Shown: piece after piece, positions 40,401 to 54,785 of the stretch
Layout of the letters: the number at the start of each line of letters is the position of its first letter
Numbering within the stretch: position 1 is the first letter of the stretch
Program-made: the position numbers and the translations under genes
Notes under the pieces: generated by a model
What the model saw: the letters and a program-made list of their open reading frames with translations, nothing else
Told to the model about the DNA's origin: nothing
Databases searched by the model: none
Assembly (NCBI RefSeq): GCF_000150275.1
Contig: NW_002060947.1
Location: 7,921,880-7,985,879, forward strand
Direction of reading: 5' to 3'
DNA: 64,000 nucleotides
DNA from: Trichoplax adhaerens
Taxonomy: Eukaryota; Animalia; Placozoa

Positions 40401-43400
40401 ATTAATAGTTGCCTGAAATTAATCCATTCTCTCAAAGTTATTAAATACTATACCGGTTGAAGTGGAGCAATGCATTCTAGCGAGTTGCTGGCGATTCTTC
40501 TACCTAATAATACCAACTGGGTACCATCAACATTCAATAAACACTCATAGCCAACATTACCGGAAGGGATGGGTTGAAGATTGCGTGCATTAAGGTTAAA
40601 GTTTCTTCTTGTTCCAATGGATAATAAAACTGTAGTATTAAGTAAAGCTGGACAACCCTATTTTAAAGATACGCGCATATATGGTAAGAAATTACTCTAG
40701 CTAGCTGTAGCTCTATAATCGAATTCAGTGTTTCATCCTAATTTGCTTTTCTATTAAAACAGATTTAATTACTTTCATATTCTCCTTAACGTTATAAACT
40801 TAAGATACTAACATCGATTGAAGAAATTGACGACGTGCAACTTGTGCTTCCATCGATACATTGGTTTGTTTGTGGGCACCAATTACAGTTGTATACACTT
40901 TGCAAACATTTACCACACCTATATGGGCAAGCAGAAATGAAACTCCGTAAATTTTTAAAGATCTAAAAATTCTCTGCTGCCGTTGTTAAACTTAATCGAA
41001 CTATAGTGAATAGTGTTACTTACGAAACGTAATTAACGCTGCAATTGTAGAAAGTAAACGAGGTTGTAGCAACGGTAAAGGTGCTTGATCTATCCACCAC
41101 CGACAACGAAATGATGATGTTATCTATATCGGAGTTACAAAGCAATCACTGATTTGGTCCCAACCTCCTTTTGCAATTTTAATCTTGCAAGCGTTCAAGA
41201 AATAAGCCAAAAGTATTAAGATAGAACAAACCTTGAGGTCCTAATATACTTGGCAGTAAATTACTAGAAGGTGTATTGCAACGAACACCATCAACTAGTT
41301 GTGCAGCATCTGTAGTCCCGTAGCTTCCAAACCGACATTGATATTGTGTATTAGTAGGTAAATTGGCTACGTTTACCTTCAGCTAAATATACATAAAAAT
41401 TCCATAAATTTTTGAATCAGTAATAAATTAAAATACATTCAGGACTCAAGATGAGCTGTAAATGGAAACTAGAAATTGATTAAATATCACTTATAAGACT
41501 TATTTACCGAAGTTACTCTTCCAACTGGCGCCGATGCAGGCACTACTAATGATAAATCTACACATCGAGCTGTTGTTCCGGACTGAGTCCAAAATGCTTC
41601 ATTAGACGTAAAACAGCCAGAGCGACTTGTGCACCTAGTCATCATACAGTTTTAGCTTTAGTTACAATAAATATAGAGTAATGATATCGTCATATCAGCG
41701 ATTAAGAGGATTATAATACTATCATTATTTATGCTGGATTAAGTAACTTAAAATAATTCTTGATCAATTGATCTTAAAATTTACAACTTTACTTATTAGC
41801 AATGGTACACCATCCACAGTAAGGATCTTTGGAGTTCATACAGTTATCACAATTCTTGTGAGTATTGCAGTCATGAACTGGGATTAAAACAAGCTAAAGC
41901 AGAATAGTAGTTTGATGGAGATTCGTTAAGCGCTAATATTGGAAATATGTTTATCGTGCTAATTTCTATCATAAAAGAAGCATATCTATAAAATAGGTGA
42001 TAAATTCCCTAGTTAACCTTAGTTGTGGATAGTGTGTAGATGCTATTCTTGTTCTTAGTGTATTTCATGGAAATAATTGGATAATTCTGATCAATTGTTA
42101 GATCTTGATATTGAGATGCACTTGTTGCTGAGTTGACTCGTAACTAGAGCGGAAATAATTTTGATAATATTATATTAGTCGACATTAAGTAAAGTCGGTG
42201 GAAAAATCGATCGTTTATCTTTTCTATTGCATACTAGATAATGAACATATTACTATATATAAATTTTGTTCAATATAGTACCAAGTTATGGCTTACTTTA
42301 AACTATCGTTTTTAATTTATCGCGCCTAGATAATTAAATGAATTACCTTTAAGATATGGCCGCTATTGGTTCCTAGAAATACAACAGTGTTACTACGAAC
42401 TGGCGTCGCAATGATGGAGGTAATAATATGCTGCTTTAATTCTAGTAAAGCCTGCCCATAAATTGATTGAGATCCACCAATGGCTGGATTGGTTTGACTA
42501 CTACATTGAGGCACTTGGCTAACCTAATAATATGCGAAAATACAATCATATTAGGTATAACTGTATATCCTATTAATTTTATTTTATCTGTTTGCAAAAT
42601 GTTAATTTGGCATGTTCTTTGGCATTCGTGATTTGTCATGATATTTGCATGGTGACGATCACTTCCAATATAAATGCTTGAAATAAAATCATTTCTAGAT
42701 ATTTCTTACCTGACATCGTGCTGTCGGATTAACAATGTATGGCAGCCCTACCAAAATCTGTGAGCCATAGCAGTTATTTATATTAGTAGAAAAAACGGAA
42801 CTGACACTTTGCATGGTATAGATGCAAACAGCAGCATCGGTTGATGGAAATCGAGAGTTTGTTTCATTCGATGCCGAAAAAACACCAATAAGAATATCGC
42901 TGGATGTTGAGACTTGTAATGATGTTGCTAAACTACTACCAGGCTTCGTCAGATAAGCTGCTTGCAATAGATTGTAGATTCTAGAATTAGCCCCACGACA
43001 TTCTAAAGGTGTTTCTACATAGGACTGAAATTGATTTGGTCCATTACATAGACGTATTAACTTGGATATATAATTATTGGCAATACTCGCTGTTGTTGAT
43101 GTCAAAGTAACAGCTTTCTGAACAGTTGCGAAATAAGTATAACCACCATGTGAGAAACCGTTAATATACTGAACTTCATAGGACCTATCAGTGAATTTAA
43201 TGTTACTTTCTGAGGGTAATAAATTAGCATAATTTAATAAATCGCTTTGGCTAGATTGATGATATAAACTTCTTGCGGCCAGTGCTGGTACAGCACTACT
43301 AAAGAAACTACGCTGAGTATATTGAACTCCAACATAAAGGACTTTTGTGGTATTAGGTACGCCAGATCCAACGAAAGCTAATGTCGATGCTGATGGTTGA

Positions 43401-43837
43401 TTTGCTGCCACGAAATACGACGGTTGCACTGTATTAGTAATTAGAGCCAAATTATTTAATTGTCGAATACGACAACGACCTTGATTAACACTACCACAAA
43501 CGATTAGTCGTTGACCGCTAGTATCTGCTATTAAAATCTTGTTATAATTGTCGCTTAAATTGCGTGAAGACGAGCATGAATCAGGCAATGGCGCACAATA
43601 TGGACTATCTTGTACAGGCCCAGTTGAAGCAGATGTTAGTATCGTTAAAGTGGTTGAATTTAACAAATAGATTGCATTTTTTGCACCTATGTAAATCCGC
43701 CCAGCTGATTCATCTAAATCCATATTTTGGAAAGTAACTGAATTGACATTAGGACTGGTATATGTTGCCGTTGGCGTTTGTCCACAGGCAATGCCAATGG
43801 ATGACAATAGTAAGACCCAACAGATGTTATTGAACAT
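34470..43837 (-). CDS. Plexin (paralog 2): signal peptide, Sema, PSI, IPT/TIG repeats, TM helix, cytoplasmic GAP/RBD; 30 coding exons
   Basis: Exons 43837-42710, 42523-42347, 42143-42018, 41893-41793, 41634-41508, 41382-41232, 41123-41024, 40918-40813, 40657-40454, 40367-40274, 40139-39943, 39852-39461, 39285-38351, 38246-38104, 38002-37869, 37752-37693, 37587-37513, 37144-37078, 36927-36787, 36681-36574, 36482-36437, 36302-36190, 36109-36022, 35882-35809, 35723-35637, 35556-35384, 35265-35117, 35008-34944, 34840-34684, 34562-34470. All are GT-AG and phase-compatible. Motifs: [81 protein letters not shown]. Confidence 0.95.
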
Positions 43838-46800
43838 GTTGAATTATGAGAATAGCAAGTGAATTGAAAATATGAAATGCCTAGAGGAGGAATTCAATAA
43901 CATCATTAAGTTCAAACGTAATTTTGAATTCGACATTAGAGAATTATTGTAAAGAATATTTGCGAAATTGATACGACTATTATTTGCTTCGATATTAATG
44001 AAAGATCGAAATGCATCATACAACATATCCTTCTATTGAATGTTATTTTAAATTAACAAGGTAATATTAGCGTATACGGTAGTAATCGGTCGAAGAAAGT
44101 AATTTTCTTAACTTAAAGACACTGTATGGTTTAACATTCCATTACATCAGAGATAGGAAGTTGCAGTACAGACTTTATGTGTATTAAATTAGTAGTTAAT
44201 AAGTTTACTTTTTATAGCCTTCTGATAGTATAAAAGTGAAGATCTGAATTCGATAGGATAGTTGTAATCTGTTTACGAAGCAAATTTGATCTATAGATAT
44301 TGTCTTTTGATGGATATTGCCTAAGGGTAATGTAGAGAGACTTGATTTGTTTCGACGGTATAAATATCTACTAAAGAAGTTCTGAGATATTCATCAAGCT
44401 AAAGGATGCAAGGCCAGTTAATAATCGTATTGAGTTCACGATATCTTTGCTTTAATTTCAAGTAATGCTTTGCTAGTTGTAGCATAGAATTAAGCAAAAT
44501 ACTTCCAGGATTGTCGTATGTGCGGCAATTTTACTTAGCCAATGTAAAAATGAAAGAAGAATTTTAAGGGAAAGGAATAGGCGCAGAGACGTTATAGTCC
44601 TATAATGTATCTTAAAAGTTTTCTGCATCGCAATTACAGAAAGTCTATAATCTTCATAGGATAACGTTGAGAATGAGGAAAGGGTTCCGCTGTTCTAATT
44701 CAACGCTAAACGGTTTAAAAAAGTAACATTTTATATCTAGTAATGACAGAGGATGCACCAAAATCGTGTAGGTTATCTTACATAAACTGATGAAATTTTA
44801 CTACTTCAATCCAAAAATGAACCATTTGACTCGATCATTTGCATAGAGTATGTGTAGGATAGTTACTGCCCATTACATGATTTAATTGCATTTGGTAAGC
44901 AAATAAAAATAGCTAGTGTTAATACTTCACTCCTAATCGGATTAATTTCGAATACAGTTAGATAGAAAGCTCAATTTTGCAATCGATAGGCTATATCATG
45001 TTTACTTTTTCAAGCAATACGACATTAATCTACCGTTCAATTTCCTTCAATAACAATTAGCGTTTATTTTGTTTAAATATAGCAAGATGAATCTTTTTAT
45101 TGGAGGTAAGAAATTGATCTATTGATTATCGACTTCATCCCACGTCTATAGTCAATATAGCGCTGGCTGGCGATCATAAGTACTATTAAGAATTACAGCT
45201 ATCATATTTGTATCAGTAAGCAATTATAACTTTGATATTAACTATAATAATATCGCTTCTCGATATCCAAAATTCTATACGTTTCCACATTGAATTGCTC
45301 CCCCTTTTACTGTTTTCGATCTACTTATATCAATCTTGTAATATTCAAACGGAAATAAAAATATAAATTGAATTGATCTAGGGCCAATTGAAATAGCGTA
45401 GCTATAAAATGATTAGTTTAGCTTGTTTACACTGGGGTAAGTGGAAATTCGATCCATTTCAAGCTATTTTAACCTTTGAACTTTTTCGTACGTTTGTTAT
45501 AAGTTGTGATTCGTTACTGTTTTCAAGCAGCAACATAATACAGATTTTAAGATTTAGCAGCGTTATGTTGGTTTATATCACTAGTGAAGAATTGGCTAAG
45601 GAAAGATTTCGTGGCTGGTTAAAGCTATCGTTCATCATAGTACTGTTAACATGATTAATTCGGTATTATTTCGAGCTAAATAGCCGACTGTACACGATAA
45701 CATTTGGTTAAAATGTTGATTAATTTCATGTTATCGTGGGAATATTTAGAATATTCAATTCATATGTGTTGGTGTCAACATTTCTAAATACTTATGAAAC
45801 GCTAATGACGCAGATATTTCCGTAAGAGATGATGCAAGCGTATTCTATAAATGCATTCATCATCAGTGAGGTAATAGAATGTAGACCTCGGCAATGTTGG
45901 AATCACCCAATTTCCAATTGATAGTAGGTTGATGACTACCGTATATTATTTTTTTCTATCCCAAGATCACATCATTCAATTAATATTTTCGTCATACTAC
46001 TATTGTGTTTATCTAATAATGAAGGTGGTAAAGCTATCGAGGCAATAACATGATGACGATGGAAGGTTATAATGTTTAATGAGCAGATAAGTTTCAAAGT
46101 CTCAAATTCAATCTCATTTCTTTCTTACCAATTACAGTTTAGGTAAATTGATACGTTCAATAGCATGGGTGCAGAAAAAGAGTTTAAAATCTGATACTGA
46201 ATCATTTCTCATACGATAAGTTCGATCTCACTCTTTCTAGCAAGAAAGCTTCTAAGCAGAAATTATTTCATCATCTAACATTGTATCACATCACGGTTTT
46301 CTACCTACTTCTAATTAACTATAGACAAAATTGATGCAATCATGAGCGTAGGTGAAGTAGGAAAGTTATCTTATAGGGTGAGGATTGAAAGTTTGTCAGT
46401 TTCATATTAAGTATAGATGAAATTGATATTTCGGTGCATGTGTGAGAAAAGAAGGTTTTCAACTTTTATGATGATCGCATCCATCACCTCCGATTTCTTT
46501 CATGATGGTCATGTACTCATCTGTCTCTCATTAGATATAGATCAATCGATTTACTCAATGGGGTTTAAACTTGAATTGTTTATCATCCTGTAGCATCATT
46601 ATGTAACGTTAATCCGTTTGATTCTCATTTACTAGAGACAAAATTAAGGTATTCAAAAGCATTGGCCAAGAAAGGAAGTTCGAAACCTGCAATTCTTTTT
46701 ATCTTCCATTATCATCATCATTTCACCGTTCTAATATGATGAAAAAGTTTGTTACCTCATTCTCTTCCAACCATTTTTTGAATTCAATCATGACAGCAAT

Positions 46801-49800
46801 AGTACAATAGACTTTGATGAGATTATGATATAACAAGATATTTAATCGCTAAACATAGCAACCAAAGTTTGCTATAGCCCAACCTCTGCAACAGTTGAAA
46901 ATTTAGTTCTATCAAGATATTTTCATCGATAACACGTGATAAAAATTGAAATTATCCCTTGAACAAATCAAAGTCGACCCTTGCAGTTAAGATGGCCATA
47001 CTGGTGGTGTTTCAATAGATTGGATTTTTAAATCATAAACTACATCATAACCTATGAGTCATTTGAGCTTTGTTTGGGTGATAATCGCTTAGATAATCAT
47101 TTCAATTATCTTATGTATTACATTAAAGTGATTAGCTGCTACGATAGCCATAGTCGATGGTGTTATGATACTAACTGGATGTTCTACTTGAATACAAATT
47201 ATCCTAAAAAGGGAAAGATTCAATTCAATCCGTTTCCTATTCTTTCTTTTGATTTTTTGTTGATGCAATAACAAGTCACGTAATATTATGTAATTTGAGA
47301 ATTTCTTTATAAAATAATAGGATTTAACTTCTTCATCCAATGGGGACAAATTAGAATGAGTAGTAGGAGTAATTTGCTTATAGCGCTATTTTTTCCTATC
47401 GTTGGAAGACAGTATAATGGAAAGAACTAGTGTAGCTTTTTTCAATAAATCAGGATTAAATTTGCAGTAAGGAATAATTTATTGTCTTGCCAAGTTAGCG
47501 ATAACAGTCTAAAGCAAACTGATTTTCCGTAATTAAATGTTCAAGCAGATGATAAATGGAGAATCAACACAAATAAAATTATAAAGTAATCACTTTTAAT
47601 CAATCATTCATTAAACGTTGTCCATCAATTGACCAAATTCGCATGTAATCAGCAAAGTTATGTAGTTCGTTCAGACTGACAAGTAGCTAGGGATTAGTAC
47701 CCAACTGAGTAAAGTAGTAACTTACTATAGTTGTGCTATTGTAGAAGAGGAAATTATAAAGCCTTAATATAACACCATTTAGCGCATCCGAGCTTTGGCA
47801 TCGTATTGATACGACAATCACGACTATTTTGTCATCAATATTTCATGAAAATTTAAATTGTTACCTGATCGACTGATTTATTGCCCTTTTAAAATTTCCT
47901 ACAAAATTCAGAGAATGACGAAATAGGATCGATTTCCAACAGAAATTCTTTATACAATTCTCGATGTGTATGTATATCAATAGTCTCTACTACTTTCACG
48001 AACGTCATTGATGACAGAAAATAAGCTCAACACAATGAATATAAAACGAAGAACTTCTTAAACCAAACTGATTACTGTACTAATTAAATCGTTTTAAATC
48101 ACCATTTTACAGTCAATGACGATCAATATCTGTAATGTATTCACTAATGTTTCATGAATAAAAATGAATTAGGTAACATGAAAATGAACAGTGTATTAAC
48201 ATGATGCTCGTAGATTATTACTTGTAAATCGAGGCGATCAATTACATGGAAAATGTGTCCATGGTGTTTCCCCAAACTCGGGGCCGGTACAGAAAAATGA
48301 CTAAAAAATTTTTCTCTATGAAGTTGTAGATTGATTAATCTATCGGTAAACTGTGTTTCAATAAAATATCCGATTAGTAAAACGACTTATTTGATTTCTC
48401 TACTTGTACAGGAGATGCTTATCCTTTTGTGTTGAGATTGTAATCAACGTGTTCATAAGTGATTTTTGCCCAATTCATTATAAATTTGTCACCATGACCT
48501 AAATACGAGTGTAATTGCCTGCACAACTTCACCGTTCAGGTTTCGTCAAATTCATCCCTATCCGTAGCCTTTAAAAGCGCCCAAAAGGGCACTGGATAGA
48601 ATACCAAAGACGATAACCGATGGATAAGGATAAGTAAGATCTATGGCAGTCTTTTTCCATGATACAATCTAGTTTAACATCTACGTCGATTGAGTTAGGA
48701 CTACTCAAAGTTCAAAACTTTTAGAATGAAACCATTTTGCTTTCAAAACATGGACAACCGTCCAACTCTACGAATCATGACCCAACTTAAAATTCATAAC
48801 GGCATGAAAAATAGATGATATTTTATCGTACCATAAGCAATCTATCAATCTGATGCTAAAGGCAAACAAGAATAGCTACTTTGTATTTAATTACAGGAAT
48901 TCAGGATTGGACATTATTCACGTTGTCGGAAGAGAAGCATTATGTATACACCCGTATACGAGGATGAAAGCATGGTGCTATTAGTAAAATTGAAATAATG
49001 ATTTTGATTGACCATGATTTAAGGATAGAGAAAGGAGAGTGGATAGGAAGAGTGAATCACTTGAAAGTTAGTTACCTGGATATAGGGTGTGATAATGAGA
49101 TATATTTGTTGCGATAGTTGCTCATAATCTTGCTAATAGATCCATTGATAATGATGGATAATATCTAAATCTCTACCGTATCAAGCCGGCACTACTGATC
49201 GAAACGGTTTAAATTTCTGATGTTATGTTTGAATTAATTGGATCCATTTTTATTCCTGATAAAGAATGAAATGGAGACAACGACTTTCTCTGAAGATAGA
49301 TTGACGTAGTAATTAGCCTGTAACCGACAAATTAACTGTAATATCTAAAGGTGTAGTGAAAAATGCGATTAAAATAGGAAAGAACTATTCTGAGATTTTA
49401 AATGAAACTCAAGCCACGCATCTCATGGCGTAGAATTTATGAATATTTTGAACAATCAAGGCGATAAAAGTCCTAACTGATAAATTTAGTCATCAAGAAA
49501 AAATTGGGACGAAATGCCGCAGTAGAGAAAGAGGGAATCAAATGGACACAACACTGTTTTGCTACTTTAAACTACATTATATCAAGTTTTGATTTCTTGT
49601 AAAAATGTTGAAAACAAGCCGTTAATTAATTGCGCATCGCTGTTATATCGAAAGAAGAGTGACTATGATATTGAGATTAATTGGATGATGGAGTCCAATT
49701 CCGTTAGGTATAGAAGGATTGATTTTTCTTACTCTATGCCACTTACCTAATTTCTTCCTTACAATGAGACACAACTCGCCAGATCGATTCTACTTTCCTA

Positions 49801-52800
49801 CTTCCCGTGAGGCCAAGTTTGTAAAATGGTCTATACAACCATGATGAAGTATTGATTATTCTACCTTGAGCAAACTTTTTCGATTTATCAAAAGTAATTG
49901 GTTTAATGCGTCTATCCTAGCACGAATGGAGAGAAATTTTCAACGCTTCAATTTAATGTTGTGGTTAAACTATAGGTAGAAAGGATAACGAGTCATGGAT
50001 TGCATTGACCTAGATACTACAGAATGGGAAAAAATTCAAGGATAAATGATTGGTTGATAGTCGATTTTAATACTTTAAATAGTTTGTTGTAGTCTATTCT
50101 TTTGGATTTAATGTATGCCAGTCTAGTTGAAGGAATAGGTAAAGAATTGTTCGTAGAATAAACAGTTGTTAATGCAGGTGATGGAGTATAGGCTGTATCG
50201 ATCATGGAGCATTGCCACAGTCTACAATAGTCACTCCTTCAATTTTCTTGGGGGCAGTTACTTTGTTCTAACTCTTATTCTTGTTTATTGGTTCAATTTA
50301 ATTTCTGTCCATAGCCAAATAATATGAGTGGTGCAGCCAATTTTCTCACGCCTGCTCCTTGATGCTTAGTTATTGTTTCTTCTTCAAATTAACATGATGA
50401 GTAATGGCTAAGTTTACTTTCTATTGTTTCTTCTTGGCATGTGATAATATCGTTTACTATTTAAATATCGGCCATAACAACACTTTCTTTGAGGATACAC
50501 AATAGTCTTGCCTATCCTCCATTTCTACTGTGGTTGGTCGTTCAATATTTGTCCTTTTAAGATGGATAACTTGATCAACTTGCCCAACACGCTGCTTGAA
50601 GTAGATCCATTAGATAGCAGAAGGGAAAGCGATTTAAGACTGTGCAATGAACGGTAAAGATATTTTCTTTTCTATTTGGGTGTTGGGCATTGAGAGGCAA
50701 GATGTTATGCTGGCTCGAATTCATGATATAAATGGTATGCCCATCTTATTGTTATTCTAAACTAGACTAGATTAATATCTTTTCCGTTGATTGTTAATCC
50801 CATGTAGAGGAATTGCCTATAGAGTTGAATGCTACAGGGTTAGAATACTTTTGAAAGGGAAGAAATGAATATAGACAAGTAATTGATTGGATAAAAATGC
50901 TATTCAACCAGGTGTGGTGATACCAACAGTTCTATTGGAATATTTTGAAACCTTAACTACAGTATGCCAGTAGAACTGCTGAGAGAATCAATAGTAGTAG
51001 CTATAGAAGATAATTAAGTTATGCAAACTATGTTCATTCAAAATGAATAGTTTACGCACTATATTAAACGCTTAGTAGGCCATAACGAATGAATGATTCA
51101 ATGGTATATAATTACTCTACAAAGTGATCGATGTGGTTGATTCATTAAGAAATTCTTAGCTTTTGCTTTGTAGGATTAAATTTCTACATGCATATTTTAT
51201 ATTATTAAGGTGGACATATCTATCATACGGCTATTTATGGATAATCTTGTCAATAGCTATTGAATTGGGAACAGAATGAGACTACTAATACAAGTTATGC
51301 ATCTATGAGAAAACTATTTTTCTACGTTATATCCGATAGAACCCCTTTATAAAAGTAGTTAAACTCGATCTATATCACTTGGAAAAACGAACGGTTAGTT
51401 ATTATGAAGTTGTCTATTGAAGTCCATTACAGACTTTAGGAATGATGCTATTAATTCTTCATGTCTACTCACAAACACTTGCGGTAAAAGAGCAAAATGA
51501 ATCCACGATTTATTAATCGCTGGAATACTGCCAATTTAGCTATTAAACATGATATCATAGTCTCAATAAGAGAATAATAAAGGAAAATTAATTTATTTAT
51601 GTCGCGTATTAATAACTCTACATATGGGAAAACATGCAGCACCATACTAGCATAGTATTCCGAGTGTGAATTTATGACATCATTTACTAAAGTGAAGAAT
51701 CAAGTATCTTTACGAGCAGTTAAGTTTTATTAAAATTACGAAGTTAATATTATAAGGTACAGCAATATAGGATATCGTTTCAGTTATCATGCAGTTCTTG
51801 CTTTATGCAATAGAAGATAATGAAAGATTCTAGTTTACTTTTAACCAATGCATTCTCAACTTGTTTACAGACTAAATAGTGAAAGGTGATGTATACACGT
51901 TATATACTAACCGCATACTTTTACGCTCTACAAATAGATATTCTAAGAAAACTATTTACTGATTATGATATCTAATTAATATCCTTGCCCATGGTATATA
52001 TGCCCTGAAGCTGTGGGCAATGAATAAATTGAAAATAACTTAATTATCCTGTCATAGGCTTAGGAATTAGCTGGAGAATAGAATGTCTAGTACCGTTATT
52101 ATATCGCGAATACCAGATCCATGGCTGTTGCTATGCTTGATTGGTAATATTATTCATGTTAACGATATAGCAATTGTTTTTGCCTTTGATGCGGGTATAA
52201 TTATATTATAACTGACAGACTAGTTGCCATTCCCTAGCTTTTATAATTAATCAAAAAGAATGACTTACTTACTAACTGAGGTACACTCCATAGCGCTGGT
52301 ACTCCATATTTGATAGGACCTGTATACAAGGGTAAAAATTCTCAAGTGTTAATATGCTTCAAGGTAAATTGAGCAATCATGACGATTGTGCATTTCTTTC
52401 AATAAAATGAAAACGTTGAAATTGGTACTGTTATGCTGACAATAATGTTAAATATGTATGGAATGAAATTGAAATTGATCTGTAATTAGCCAGAGGAGAT
52501 CAATATTCGATAACCGATTTCTATTCAATTTTAGTGTAGGACATGTTTTTGTCAATAGTAGTAACTTATGTCATGGTCAGGAATTTGGCTAATTGAATTA
52601 ATTCGTTCGGAGCTAAATGGCTCCCCGTAGGCCACTTTATAGCTTTTATTCTGTTTTTTGATCGTTCTGTTAAAACAACAATATCCGGAAATACTAGCTT
52701 CATTAGAGATATACTACAGCGTAATCCAACATTGCGGACAATGAAAGCAATTTGTAATGTCTTGGTGAATTGGCTTTAGACTAATTGAACAGAAAGTCAT

Positions 52801-54109
52801 TAATTTTGTTTAATTTTATAATGAAAAGGTCGTAAAGTGATGTTATAACCATTATGCATAAAATAAAATAAATTAACCTTATCATTAAGATGATGTATAG
52901 CAAATTGGGGATATAGTAGCAGAAGGCTAAGAATTTTTCATCCCATGGAGATTAAGATACGAATACTATCGCCGTGCTAAAATATTATGCATGTTATAAC
53001 TTTTATCCTAATTCCAGAATAGATTGAATATTTTTCATCTGCCCTAATCATGCATTTAAAGTCCTTGCTATTATCCATAAATGATATGATTTTCAACTGA
53101 ATTTGAAAAATTCTTTTATAATCTGCAAAAATTTAGACCTAAGGTCCATTTGGTCAATATTGAAATAGGTTAAACCCCAAACCTTCAATGCAAATATAAA
53201 TCAGATTTATTTCGTTTCAGGATGAAATGAATTATGAAAATAGCCTAATTACATAATGTATGAGGTAATTTGGTGACAGTGTCACTTAAATGGATCATTT
53301 CGGAGGAATATAGGTTATACCATACTGTTTCTTTTTGTCTTTACTGTTTAGTAGCATAATCGTATACAGTAATACAGGATAATATCGTGATTGGAATACT
53401 GCTAATGCGGTTCATAAATCTAGCTGTGCATTGGTACTGCAGCTAGAATCGATGTGTTCAGTTTATTAAATACTCATTTAAGTCAATATCGTATTCAATG
53501 CTTAGTGTAATTCGTAGCGTAAAATAGAAAGACCTACATGGAAATAAGCTTTGAGAGTGCAAATACGAATTTAATTCTGAACCATTGAGTTAGAAGACCC
53601 TGTTTAGAACAATATCTTTCACATATGGCGAACATGTGCAATTGTGAAAGCGGTACTACAATATAGCATAGCGGTTTACTTCTTTAAATGCTTCATAAAT
53701 GCAGCTTGTAACAATGAACTATGCTACTCGACTACGTAATATTATCCGAAGCAGCTTCTACTATTACTGAAGGACTAGAATTAATGTTAGCGATCCTCCG
53801 GAGAAGAGTTTTAAAAATAGCCTTTCAATTAATTTTACAATTTAGTCGTTCTGTTAGGCGCTATAGCGCATGAGAATACTCACAGTAATTTATGAATTGG
53901 TTTACACTTAAGAAAGACAGAACCTATTCGATCTGATGTGAATAATAAACGTTAAGAATGTGTTTGCAGCTACTTCTTTTTTAATTTAGTCACGTCTGCC
54001 TTCGCTGTAAAACGACGGTGTTTGCAAATATTAATAAGGTAAATTTTAAACTTTACAACCTTTTGCTTTCATCATGGAGTATGGTGTTCGGTATCAAGGG
54101 TTGGTAATT

Positions 54110-54785
54110 GGGTATTCATTGAATAGTATTCCATCTCTCACTCTAGCTTCAATTACTGTGATAACGAAAATGGTAATTTTAAGTGAGTCATTTCTGTCTT
54201 CCATAGTAGCTTAGGTCATTATGATACTAAAGATAGGTATCAATTACAGTTATTTCCATCAGCTACAATAGCTTAAGTTACTATGCTATCAGGATGCCAA
54301 TATTAACTGAATCATTTCTAACTTGCATTGCCGCTTACTATCAATTGCTCTAGTGTCTACGACGGGATGATCAGCTGAGTCACTCTGTCTATCACGACGA
54401 CTTGGTAACCATTGCTATCATGAGAATCAATTTTGTTATTTCTATTTTCATGATAATTTAAGATGTTATGATATCAACGTTGGCAATATCCACTGAATAA
54501 TCTCCATCTCTCATGGCATCATCATGGCTTTCAAATGCAATGCTGTCAAAGGAGTCCATATCGATGGAGTTGTTTTCATCTCACATTGTAGCTTTCATTA
54601 CTATGATATCATAGATGGCAAAATCAATTGAGCCATTTCTATCTTTCATTCTACGGTAGCATCATCGGATACGACGATGACCAAGATGAGAATATCCATG
54701 AAGTCATTTCCATCTGTTATTGTAGCCTCCATTGCTATCATACTCGTATCAAAGATAGTAATATCCATAGAGTCATTCTTTCCTA
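54110..54785. repeat. Ancient degenerate minisatellite, ~11 units of ~60-70 bp
   Basis: Recurring GAGTCATTTCCATCT...TAGCTT..TTACTATGATA..AAGATGG.AATAT consensus at ~54120, 54184, 54247, 54308, 54376, 54434, 54494, 54566, 54629, 54699 and 54769. Confidence 0.7.
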
